Source: Syntrophales bacterium
GTDB taxonomy: Bacteria; Desulfobacterota; Syntrophia; Syntrophales; UBA2210
Assembly (NCBI GenBank): GCA_963662405.2
Contig: CAXXKT010000003.1
Location: 480,001-544,000 of the forward strand
Reading direction: 5' to 3'
DNA length: 64,000 bases
The translations under genes were made by a program, and so were the position numbers. Under the pieces are notes generated by a model. It made no database searches. It was not told where the DNA came from and worked only from the letters and a program-made list of their open reading frames with translations. This document shows positions 9,901 to 16,724 of the stretch, piece by piece (position 1 is the stretch's first letter; each line of letters opens with the position of its first letter).

Positions 9901-10570
9901 GATGGCAGGCGATCCCCCTACCACCATCGACTCAGGACTCTATGTCTATGATATATACGATGCACCGGCTGTCTCTTGGAGCCCCACTGCCTCTCATTGG
10001 CTCATTTCGGCTGACTATCCGGGATATATGCTTCAAACATCCGACATCTGGTATCTAAACCCCGACTTTAGTTGGTGGGATTCTCCCGACCCTGAGGTGG
10101 ATTATTTCCAGGGGAGCAACCTTGTCATGCAGGGCCAGACATTCTCTGACTTCACGTTTACGGCGGGCTTTGCAATAAAATATCAGGATGAAACATGGAC
10201 GCTTAGGGGCTCTGACAACGACGGCATCGGGATCGTCTTCCGCTATCAGGACGAAGACAATTACTACCGTTTGATGAGCGTCTTCGAAGAAGGCCCGTTC
10301 ACGCGTCTCGAAAAATTCGTGGGAGGCGAGATGACCGTGCTGGCCCTGAGCACCGATCCTGCGGACGTGTACGTGGCCGACGAATACGGCGTCGTTCCTG
10401 ATGATATCAATGTCTTCACGGTCGAGGTTTCGGGAACCAATATCAAGGCATACATCAACGACAGACTGGTCTTTGATGTGAATGACGGGACGTTCTCTTC
10501 AGGGAGGGTGGGCATTGCCACCTACGCCATGTGCTGGACATGGCTGGATTATATCACCGTGGAGCACTAA
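6962..10570 (+). CDS. Large secreted/surface protein: signal peptide, two ~205-aa tandem beta-rich repeats, TPR-like helix pair, DxDxDG Ca-binding loops, IPT/TIG-like domain, C-terminal ConA/thrombospondin-C-like domain
   Basis: Signal peptide ending CFA|EE; repeats YYLPYF..YSIAGISA twice; DMDGDGIDD and DTNADGYID; PIITSLS..GGTLDIYGEGFG..WSEDHV; DNDGIGIVFRYQDEDNYY..GRVGI. Confidence 0.75.
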   Translation: MNFASRTIRCFIFFVVFCACGVCFAEEALPYSYYLPYFRSDSSYATALALRNTAEGEGAHVSSVVYGRDGTPLVTDERDIPSRGQTSFLIGGALDYEGGWIAVSSDQPLTGLCFVASRGEDTHMYDITLIDELSTEVIVPHIAQSDNWDSTVLVCNPHDSPTDITLTLVNQEGNVIESVTYHNIPAMGSRRYEIAVLGQGSGSIEISADNAVAAFALYDNIKLPERYSIAGISAVDSRNQEDYTYYIPYFISGPDLISGIGYVTGVALRNGSAEDSANVSVVVRNEDGTVCASEARSIPPRGQTSFLVGTELNQDGGWIEVSSDQPLTGLCFVASATPDTHMFDITLIRDLYKFLSVPHVAQGAAWDSKVLICNPSDQQIDVTLTLVDTEGNVIESTTYQISARGSRQFETAALGQGSGSIEISASSGVAAFALYDNIKLRGKYSIAGISALMPPVTANAQAFANEKVAEGTPLLDSGDYSAAKAKFAEALDADPDNPGANAGYSLSSMGENEETYENMWTGAIGSIEGNDLTSGQMFMEQIYELLGGLPFIQFSSESTEHRPLSLVLPQPQGANEIDIDLDVPNSLKEIVLRITHGVPVYDSSYFGAMAAFKDEFRTYVSMARLILPLIRKVEAVPGFTLELPASIYKEIFGFDMDGDGIDDLNTPADSVIIDQGDFYIMDAMLSMVIGLSQFFEAYDFTGSSFEVAGDTNADGYIDPDEYLPPEPYYTLLEGGAERMAEARVFLNTAFAKLERGIDITLAEPADDHELLPVNADADLRAFLNSLKDSADYMDLSDLKALMSGPYLFDFSKGPFSLAGQSISLNFAAFFDSPLDLRDYLPSIRVSDQSMHYRGDDTLGGMIPGGDLDDVLNYALGIATLTSIPIITSLSSTEVALGGTLDIYGEGFGELQGDSTVTIGNRAVPTADILLWSEDHVQIRIAPDTVPGRLRIEVDDMLTNSVRISIEGIIADHFDEVLSAEMAGDPPTTIDSGLYVYDIYDAPAVSWSPTASHWLISADYPGYMLQTSDIWYLNPDFSWWDSPDPEVDYFQGSNLVMQGQTFSDFTFTAGFAIKYQDETWTLRGSDNDGIGIVFRYQDEDNYYRLMSVFEEGPFTRLEKFVGGEMTVLALSTDPADVYVADEYGVVPDDINVFTVEVSGTNIKAYINDRLVFDVNDGTFSSGRVGIATYAMCWTWLDYITVEH
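7052..8314 (+). repeat. Intragenic tandem duplication (about 7052-7663 and 7688-8314)
   Basis: Shared peptides RGQTSFL, GGWI.VSSDQPLTGLCFVAS, LGQGSGSIEISA, AAFALYDNIKL, YSIAGISA; similarity also visible in DNA. Confidence 0.9.
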
Positions 10571-10591
10571 TGTGAAATCAGGCCTGTAGCG

Positions 10592-10629
10592 GGGGCGGGC
10601 GCATCGCTTCGTAGATCGGTGCCCGCCCC
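10592..10629. terminator. GC-rich hairpin between convergent genes (terminator or REP-like palindrome)
   Basis: GGGGCGGGC...GCCCGCCCC arms, preceded by GTAG; no U-tract. Confidence 0.4.
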
Positions 10630-10717
10630 TGAAACGCTTCCTGTGCCCTGTCGGTGTCGCAGGGGTCGAAAGGCTTGGTGACGTCTTGAGGCGGGTGTCT
10701 TTTGCTCCGTCTTGTTT

Positions 10718-10760
10718 TCAATCAACAGCCTCATTATCTCCGTCACGGAACGAAACCCGA
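10718..10760 (-). pseudogene. Orphan 3'-end remnant of a GNAT gene paralogous to 13133-13645
   Basis: 36/43 nt identical to 13146-13188; encodes GFRSVTEIMRLLIE versus GFRSTPEMMRLFID. Confidence 0.7.
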
Positions 10761-10806
10761 CATTCAATTATGCCACGTCCAGAGGGTTGGCAGCGGGGGA
10801 GCACGT

Positions 10807-10826
10807 CAGGAAATAGGTGTGTCCCC
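10807..10826 (-). repeat. Dispersed motif, copy 1 (GGGGACAC-ACCTATTTCCTG)
   Basis: Identical to the 14403-14425 copy apart from a 3-nt deletion. Confidence 0.7.
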
Positions 10827-10849
10827 CGATCTTCAGCTATCACGTCCGC

Positions 10850-11278
10850 TCACTTCTTGGACGAAGAGACAATAAGGTGTGTCGTTGTTACACGCACGAG
10901 CACATTATTATTGTCATCTCTCACGACGGTTTCAACGACTTTCATTGTTCGTCCGGAATGCACAACCTGAGCTTCCGCCGTTGCGGTACCGGTATCTGTG
11001 TTGCTCACCAGATTTGCGCTCAGTTGTACCGTGAACGGAAAGGGCTCATCTTCTTTCCTGCAGGCTGCCGTGGCGGTTATGTCGGCGAGCGAAACCAAGG
11101 CTCCTGCGGCAAATTTCCTCGTAAATTGACTTGTATTAGGGCAAAAGGGCATTTTCATGACCACCCGGTTTTCTTCTATCTCAACCGGTGTAATGCCGAA
11201 GGCAATAAAGATGTCCCCACCTTTCTCTTCGAAGGGTCTCCGAAATTCAGCAACAGCTTTCTCGTCAAGTTTTGGCAT
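10850..11278 (-). CDS. PaaI-family hotdog-fold thioesterase
   Basis: GALVSLADITATAAC, TVQLSANLV, AEAQVVHSGRTMKVVE. Confidence 0.8.
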   Translation of the reverse strand: MPKLDEKAVAEFRRPFEEKGGDIFIAFGITPVEIEENRVVMKMPFCPNTSQFTRKFAAGALVSLADITATAACRKEDEPFPFTVQLSANLVSNTDTGTATAEAQVVHSGRTMKVVETVVRDDNNNVLVRVTTTHLIVSSSKK

Positions 11279-12542
11279 GGTGAGTTTCCTTTTCCAGATT
11301 GCTCAAAAAGTGCTCGAGCAGCGATTCGCGTACGTGATCCATCACCACGATCTTCCACCAGCGCGGCCTGCCGTCGTGCGTGTCGGGGACGAGGAGGTAC
11401 TTCTCCGCGAGGGCCGGTGTGATATGGGTGCTGCGAATGGCGACCTGATTCATTGCCGGGTGGCGGTAATACTCGACAGCGAGGTCGCTGAGGCGCGTGC
11501 AGAGGCGGTCGGTCCGCTCGCGCAGGTGGCGGCACCGCGCGATGAGCCCCTCCGAGCCCGCGTCGCGGAGCAGCATCCAGACGGCAACGGCGTTGGCCCC
11601 CGATCGACTGCCGCAGATCGTATAGTCCTTGCCGAGCACGTAGCTCGCCTCGTCGGTGCAGACCTCGTCGATAAGACCCTTGCGGCAGAGAAAAATGCCC
11701 GTGCCGTACGGCGCCTTGAGCATCTTATGGGCGTCCATGGTGATGGACGCGACGTGGGGACTGCGGAAATCGAGGGAATGGTCGTCGACCGCAAAGGGAT
11801 AGATGAATCCTCCGTAGGCGCCGTCCACATGGAGACGGAAGGCGAGGGCTCTCTCCCGGAGGGCCGTGACGAGCGGCCCGGGGTCGTCGATGGAGCTGAA
11901 CATGGTTGTGCCCATGTTGACCACGCCGATGACACAGCGGACACCGGCGGTCACGGCGGCATCGAGCGTCGCGGCGATGGCGGCGGGGTGCATCTGCCTG
12001 GTGGTATCATCGACGGGGACGGGGCACGGACGCAGGTCGAGCAGGTTGGCGGCCTTCCACACCGAGTAATGCGTGTCGGCGGAGAAGACGATGCCGATCT
12101 CTCCGGCGCGGGCCTGGTGCGTGCGGCGGAAGAGACTGCGCAGGATCCAGCACGCCTCCAGATTGGATTCGGTGCCGCCCGGTGCGATGTAGCCGTCATA
12201 ACCGTCCCTGGGCGCGCGCATGATCTCTTCGGCGCAGAGGGCGATCGCCTCCCTTTCCAGTTCCTGCGTTCCCGGGAACCCGCATTCCGACACCTCGACA
12301 GTGTGGCAGCCGATGTGATTCGGGTTCTCGATAATGGCGCGTAGATACGGTTCGTCGTCGAGTACCGGCGAGGACCACGGGATGTGGGTGAGGACAGAGC
12401 AGCTGTCGGCGTAGTAATCCTCGGCATCGAGATGCGTGCCGGGGAAACCGAGCACGGCATCGGTATGGTAGTTGATGTTGCGGTCAATGGCCTGCGCGAA
12501 ACGCCGTTTGATCTCGTCACGTGAGTATTGTTCCCAGTGCAT
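11265..12542 (-). CDS. Group II PLP-dependent amino-acid decarboxylase (histidine/tyrosine/aspartate decarboxylase-like)
   Basis: GGTESNLEA, HYSVWKAA, GTT..SIDD, LHVDGAYGG, DAHKML (PLP lysine), GSRSGANA. Confidence 0.88.
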   Translation of the reverse strand: MHWEQYSRDEIKRRFAQAIDRNINYHTDAVLGFPGTHLDAEDYYADSCSVLTHIPWSSPVLDDEPYLRAIIENPNHIGCHTVEVSECGFPGTQELEREAIALCAEEIMRAPRDGYDGYIAPGGTESNLEACWILRSLFRRTHQARAGEIGIVFSADTHYSVWKAANLLDLRPCPVPVDDTTRQMHPAAIAATLDAAVTAGVRCVIGVVNMGTTMFSSIDDPGPLVTALRERALAFRLHVDGAYGGFIYPFAVDDHSLDFRSPHVASITMDAHKMLKAPYGTGIFLCRKGLIDEVCTDEASYVLGKDYTICGSRSGANAVAVWMLLRDAGSEGLIARCRHLRERTDRLCTRLSDLAVEYYRHPAMNQVAIRSTHITPALAEKYLLVPDTHDGRPRWWKIVVMDHVRESLLEHFLSNLEKETHHAKT

Positions 12543-12657
12543 GATTTCCGCTCTTTCTTCGATCAATTCCTAAGAAACGCACTTCCCGCCTTTATCGGTG
12601 ACGAACCCTTAATCGGCACATCTTTGAGGTTCTTTATGGTTTTTACCGGCGGGCGTG

Positions 12658-13083
12658 TTATACGCCGTACTTCATGAGAATCTCAATATGACCCGTGTGC
12701 TTGTCAATCTGTTCTTGTATGATTCTGAATCCGCGCTTTCTGTAAAAATCAATACTCTTCGGATTTTCTTTATATACCGTGAGTTCCAGACTGTTTCTCA
12801 AGGATTTTGCCTTATCCATTAATCTACGGCCGATACCTCTGCCGTGAAACTCCGGGGAGACGAACATCGCCGCCAGCGTGTCATTGTGGAGAGAGAAAAA
12901 GCCCTTGATAATTTCGTTTTCTTCAAACACATATGTGTTGGAAGCGGGAATATAGGTATCCCGCATTACATCCATTCTGGATTCCCAGAATTCCGGAGAA
13001 ACAAAGCTATGCGCGTCTATCGATGCTTTCACCCAGATATCCAGGACATCATTGATTTCTTCCGTTTTCAATTTTCGTATCAT
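12658..13083 (-). CDS. GNAT N-acetyltransferase (YiaC/YjaB-like)
   Basis: IWVKASIDAHSFV, MFVSPEFHGRGIG, LTVYKEN..FYRKRGF. Confidence 0.88.
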   Translation of the reverse strand: MIRKLKTEEINDVLDIWVKASIDAHSFVSPEFWESRMDVMRDTYIPASNTYVFEENEIIKGFFSLHNDTLAAMFVSPEFHGRGIGRRLMDKAKSLRNSLELTVYKENPKSIDFYRKRGFRIIQEQIDKHTGHIEILMKYGV

Positions 13084-13132
13084 ATTGATCACTACCGGCT
13101 CATGCCACGATATGCTTCGTAGATTTCAGTTA

Positions 13133-13645
13133 TTACGTGCTTTTGTCGATAAACAGTCTCATCATCTCCGGCGTGGAACGAAACCCGATCTTCTCGTAGA
13201 TCGGTTTACCCGCCGCGCTCGCGGTGAGAATCATCCTGTTGACACCGTGGACACGGCAGTGCTGTATCGCGGCATCGATGATGCGCTGCGCGCATTTCCT
13301 GTTGCGATGCGTCTTCTCCGTGTACATGCCGTGCAGGTACGCGACTTTTGGTGACAGATCGGAAAGATTCGGAACGAAACTGACAAAGGTCACCCCTCCG
13401 CTCGCGACGATCTTCCCGTCATCCTCGATCACCCAGGCCGTGCAGATTCCGCTCCTTAATTCCGTTTCGAGCTTCTGGGTATAGGCCTTCTCGATATCAC
13501 CCGCTAGTTGGGGGTCAAGGTGCTCACCCTTCTGCTCACATATTTCTTCGAACATCAATCTGTAATGTTCGGCCATAGCAGGGATGTCTTCAATCGATGC
13601 CTCACGAAGAGGCATTTTAGATTTTTTCAATCTATCAGTTGCCAT
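13133..13645 (-). CDS. GNAT N-acetyltransferase
   Basis: AYLHGMYTEKTHRNRK, LTASAAGKPIYEKIGF. Confidence 0.85.
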   Translation of the reverse strand: MATDRLKKSKMPLREASIEDIPAMAEHYRLMFEEICEQKGEHLDPQLAGDIEKAYTQKLETELRSGICTAWVIEDDGKIVASGGVTFVSFVPNLSDLSPKVAYLHGMYTEKTHRNRKCAQRIIDAAIQHCRVHGVNRMILTASAAGKPIYEKIGFRSTPEMMRLFIDKST

Positions 13646-13705
13646 GAGTAGTCCTTATTACAGTCAGCGCTGCATTCAGCTTCTTGTCAGCGAGAGAGAA
13701 TAGGG

Positions 13706-13728
13706 CAAGAAATAGGTATGCTGTCCCC
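13706..13728 (-). repeat. Dispersed motif, copy 2 (GGGGACAGCATACCTATTTCTTG)
   Basis: 21/23 identical to 14403-14425; 15 nt past the hicB stop. Confidence 0.75.
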
Positions 13729-13743
13729 GAATTTAAGTCGTTT

Positions 13744-14073
13744 TTACTGATTGAGCTTCAAACCGGCAAGCCGATTCAGACTGATTCCCGACTCGGCGGC
13801 CTGGATCGCAAGGCTTCGATGAACATCCGGGGGGACCCGGACCATAAACTTCCCGCTGTATTTCCTGCAGGCAATCGGTTCCGGGATATCTTCACCGTGC
13901 TCGCGCATATCCTGTACGGTATCCGTAACCACCTTCCGGATTCCCCGCAGGGCGGCCTCCGGAGTCCGGGCCAGCCAGCTCAAACTCGGGAATTCGGTAC
14001 ACAGCCCCACATACTCGTTGTCCTCTTCAGACCATGTTACCCGGTAGGTGTATTTATCGTTTTTCAAGGTCAT
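13744..14073 (-). CDS. hicB: HicB-family antitoxin
   Basis: YTYRVTWSEEDNEYVGLCTEFPSLSWLA, C-terminal RHH YSGKFMVRVPPDVHRSLAIQAAESGISLN. Confidence 0.9.
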   Translation of the reverse strand: MTLKNDKYTYRVTWSEEDNEYVGLCTEFPSLSWLARTPEAALRGIRKVVTDTVQDMREHGEDIPEPIACRKYSGKFMVRVPPDVHRSLAIQAAESGISLNRLAGLKLNQ

Positions 14074-14317
14074 GATATACCTCCAGTCTCTCAACGGCCA
14101 GCAGCACCTGTTTCACCTGGTATGCCTTGGCCTTCCCCTTATAATTCTGGATATTGATCCTCGGGTCCCCGTGCCACGGGGTTTTATATATCCGGTGGCT
14201 TCCACTGCTTTGGCGAGGTTTACCGAAGAAATGATCACAGACCCTGCATAAATCAGCAAATCGGACATTTCCTGGATTCCTCCCCATTTGTGCAAGGATG
14301 TCATCCGTCTTTATCAT
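14054..14317 (-). CDS. hicA: HicA-family toxin
   Basis: NPGNVRFADL, GSH catalytic motif, PRINIQ..GKAKAYQVKQVL; overlaps the hicB start. Confidence 0.9.
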   Translation of the reverse strand: MIKTDDILAQMGRNPGNVRFADLCRVCDHFFGKPRQSSGSHRIYKTPWHGDPRINIQNYKGKAKAYQVKQVLLAVERLEVYHDLEKR

Positions 14318-14319
14318 GG

Positions 14320-14352
14320 GACATTGGTATCACTATTGATACCAATGTCAAG
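14320..14352 (-). promoter_or_regulatory. hicAB operator/promoter
   Basis: Perfect 13-bp inverted repeat GACATTGGTATCA-N4-TGATACCAATGTC overlapping a minus-strand TTGACA, directly upstream of the hicA ATG. Confidence 0.75.
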
Positions 14353-14402
14353 GGTTATTTGTTGAGGAGGGATTTGGGGGGAGATGGGGGAAAATAGTCA
14401 TT

Positions 14403-14425
14403 CAGGAAATAGGTATGGTGTCCCC
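14403..14425 (-). repeat. Dispersed motif, copy 3 (GGGGACACCATACCTATTTCCTG)
   Basis: Same orientation as copies 1 and 2. Confidence 0.75.
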
Positions 14426-14463
14426 AAATGAGACCAGCTACCGAACGATATATTTCTGCCGGG

Positions 14464-14523
14464 CACTAACGGATTTTTCACAAGCGCCGGTAGTTTGGCG
14501 CCTCGTGCAAAAATGGGCTATAC
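14464..14523 (-). mobile_element. attC-like integron cassette recombination site
   Basis: Minus strand: GTATAGC-N5-TTTGCAC-GAGGCGCC-loop-GGCGCTT-GTGAAA-N5-GTTAGTG; imperfect palindrome with bulged bases; R'' overlaps the gene's stop codon. Confidence 0.65.
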
Positions 14524-15003
14524 GTTCCTTTTCATCAACCCATACGGAAAGATACAAGGCGTTTTAGCTTTGTATTGAAAGTATTCGGAACCAAATACTG
14601 ATTCCAAATATATTTCTTCTTTTTTTACCAATTTACATAATACGAGGTACATGAATATCGGTGTTGTAAACACAATCCAACTGTTTATGAAAAGAACGAT
14701 GCCAGGGACAATAAAAACCACCCATGATGCATAGAGCGGATGGCGGCAACATCTGAAAATTCCATCAGTGACAAGATTATCGGCATTGTATGCACGTGTC
14801 ACTGTTTTTACCGAAATTATAAAGAAGGGGACTCCAACGACGAGCAAAGTAACCCCCAGAAAGGACTTAACCCAGGAGGGGATGGAGTCTATCTGAAGAA
14901 CCGGCTGAAAATAGCGGTTTGTTATCAGCATAATCGCTCCGTAGCCGATTGATAAGGAGGCAAAAATGGGCCCTATGCCCCACCTGCTCATTTTTTCTTT
15001 CAT
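14518..15003 (-). CDS. Isoprenylcysteine carboxyl methyltransferase (ICMT/PEMT) family membrane protein
   Basis: LVTDGIFRCCRHPLYA, KKEEIYLESVFGSEYFQYK; AT-rich relative to the flanks; start uncertain. Confidence 0.85.
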   Translation of the reverse strand: MKEKMSRWGIGPIFASLSIGYGAIMLITNRYFQPVLQIDSIPSWVKSFLGVTLLVVGVPFFIISVKTVTRAYNADNLVTDGIFRCCRHPLYASWVVFIVPGIVLFINSWIVFTTPIFMYLVLCKLVKKEEIYLESVFGSEYFQYKAKTPCIFPYGLMKRNV

Positions 15004-15206
15004 GGATATTCTCTGATTTTCGTATGACATGAAATAGACAGTTTCCTGCATAGAAACAAAACACAGTTACTCGGACAGCGTAAGTCGTCCTCTATCAATC
15101 TTATGGCTCTCGAATGGCGGTGCTGTTGTCTCAACAGAAATATCCCCCGGAAAGCAGTAAAAACCATACACCCTGAAAATTCTTTGTCAAGGGTTTTATA
15201 TGATTA

Positions 15207-15240
15207 AAGAAACACCCCGGTAACAGGGTGTTTCTGTTTT
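15207..15240. terminator. Intrinsic terminator-like hairpin after the ECF ATPase gene
   Basis: AGAAACACCC..GGGTGTTTCT stem with flanking A/T tracts. Confidence 0.55.
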
Positions 15241-15241
15241 C

Positions 15242-15982
15242 TTACGAGAATTCTTCTTCGTGGCGGTGGGAGTATTCGCCGCCCACGTGAACGTGTGTGT
15301 GGGTGTGGGGGACGATGTGGTCGGCCTTCCGCAGGCGCCCGTCCGCGAAGGCGTAGAAGGTGTCCGCGATCCGTGACATGAAGTCCAGTTCGTGCGAGGT
15401 GACGACGAGGGTCAGGTCGAGCCCTGACAGGATCTCCGTGAGACGGTCCTTCGTTTCCTGATCGAGCCCCGCCGTGGGTTCGTCGAGGATCAGGACCTCC
15501 GGGTCCATGGCCATGACGCTCGCCAGGGCCACCAGCTTTTTCTCGCCGTGGGACAGCTTGTGGCTGATTCGGTCCTCGAAGTCGAGAATCCCCAGGGTGT
15601 CGAGGGTCCGGTGGACGATCTCCCCGGCCTCGTCCGCCGTCCTGCCCAGGTTGAGGGGTCCGAAGGCCACGTCCTCCCTGACGGTGGGGCAGAAGAGCTG
15701 GTCCTCGGCGTTCTGGAAGAGGAACCCGATCCGCCGGCGGACGTCGAAAAAGTCTTCTTCCGTTCGGACCGTGTGGCCGAAGATGGTGATGCCGCCGGAC
15801 TGCGGCCGGGCGAGTCCCATAATCAGGTGGAAGAGGGTGGTCTTCCCCGAGCCGTTGGGGCCGATGATACCGATCCGCTCACCCCGTTTCACCGCGAGGT
15901 CCACCCCGTTCAGGACGGCGGGCCTTCCCGGATAGGCGTAGGTGGCACCGGTTATATCGATGATTGTTTCATCCGTCGGCAT
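15242..15982 (-). CDS. cbiO: Ni/Co ECF transporter ATPase (NikO/CbiO) with His-rich tail
   Basis: GPNGSGKT, FQNAEDQLFCPTV, LSHGEKK, LDEPT. Confidence 0.9.
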   Translation of the reverse strand: MPTDETIIDITGATYAYPGRPAVLNGVDLAVKRGERIGIIGPNGSGKTTLFHLIMGLARPQSGGITIFGHTVRTEEDFFDVRRRIGFLFQNAEDQLFCPTVREDVAFGPLNLGRTADEAGEIVHRTLDTLGILDFEDRISHKLSHGEKKLVALASVMAMDPEVLILDEPTAGLDQETKDRLTEILSGLDLTLVVTSHELDFMSRIADTFYAFADGRLRKADHIVPHTHTHVHVGGEYSHRHEEEFS

Positions 15983-16715
15983 ATACGATCCCCGTGAGGA
16001 CCAGACATAGCACAATCAGTGAGAGAATATCCAGCCGGGAAAGACGGTCCTTCTCGATACGGGGGAACCGGCCGTTGAACCCCCGGCAGAGCATGGCCGA
16101 CCTGACCCGCTCGGCCCGCTCGAAGCTGTTCACCAGGAGCATCCCCACCAGGTAGGCGTAGCTCCGGTAGGTGTGGAGGGTCGAGGCGGGCCTGAAGCAG
16201 CGCACCCTCATGGCGTTTACCAGCCGGGTGTATTCGCCGGAGATGTCACCGATGTAGCGGTAGGTGAGGAAGAAGAGATAGGTGATCTCGTCGGGCACCT
16301 TGAGCGCGGTCATGGCATGGGTCATGGCGGTGATGCTGGTGGATGCCATGAAGGCGATAAGGGCGAGCATAATGGCGTTGGATCGAAGGGTCAGGGTCAC
16401 CATATAGGCGATGCCCTCCCTCGTCACGATGGCGGGTCCGATTGCCAGGACCTTCTCTCCGGGGATGCCCCAGGGGACAAGGAGCCACAGAAACACGAGA
16501 AAGAGATTGAAGAGGAGCATTCGCCGGAGAAGGTTCCGGGGGGGGATTCGCGAGATGATGACAAAGACAAGCGACAGGCCGAGCGCGTACAGAAGGGCGT
16601 TTGTATTCTCAAGGAGGGCGACCACCACGGAAAAGGCGAGGACGCCCAGGAGTCTGGTGCGCGGGTCCAATGCGTGGAGCGGCGATCTGTCCGCATAGGT
16701 CTGTTCGATGTCCAT
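15969..16715 (-). CDS. cbiQ: Ni/Co ECF transporter T component (NikQ/CbiQ)
   Basis: LHALDPR, TYRYI, AMRVRCF, SFERAERVRSAMLCRGF. Confidence 0.9.
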   Translation of the reverse strand: MDIEQTYADRSPLHALDPRTRLLGVLAFSVVVALLENTNALLYALGLSLVFVIISRIPPRNLLRRMLLFNLFLVFLWLLVPWGIPGEKVLAIGPAIVTREGIAYMVTLTLRSNAIMLALIAFMASTSITAMTHAMTALKVPDEITYLFFLTYRYIGDISGEYTRLVNAMRVRCFRPASTLHTYRSYAYLVGMLLVNSFERAERVRSAMLCRGFNGRFPRIEKDRLSRLDILSLIVLCLVLTGIVYADG

Positions 16716-16724
16716 CGGTTCTTC

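Noticed and set aside
11157..12344. 395-aa plus-strand ORF
   Set aside because: Antisense shadow of the GC-rich decarboxylase gene; no recognisable motifs.
12579..12590. GCACTTCCCGCC resembling the tRNA-Sec 3' end (possible att site)
   Set aside because: Short, imperfect, upstream of the tRNA and separated from it by core genes; likely chance.
10807..14425. CRISPR array interpretation of the repeated motif
   Set aside because: Copies are 0.7-2.9 kb apart, separated by whole genes, and no cas genes are present.
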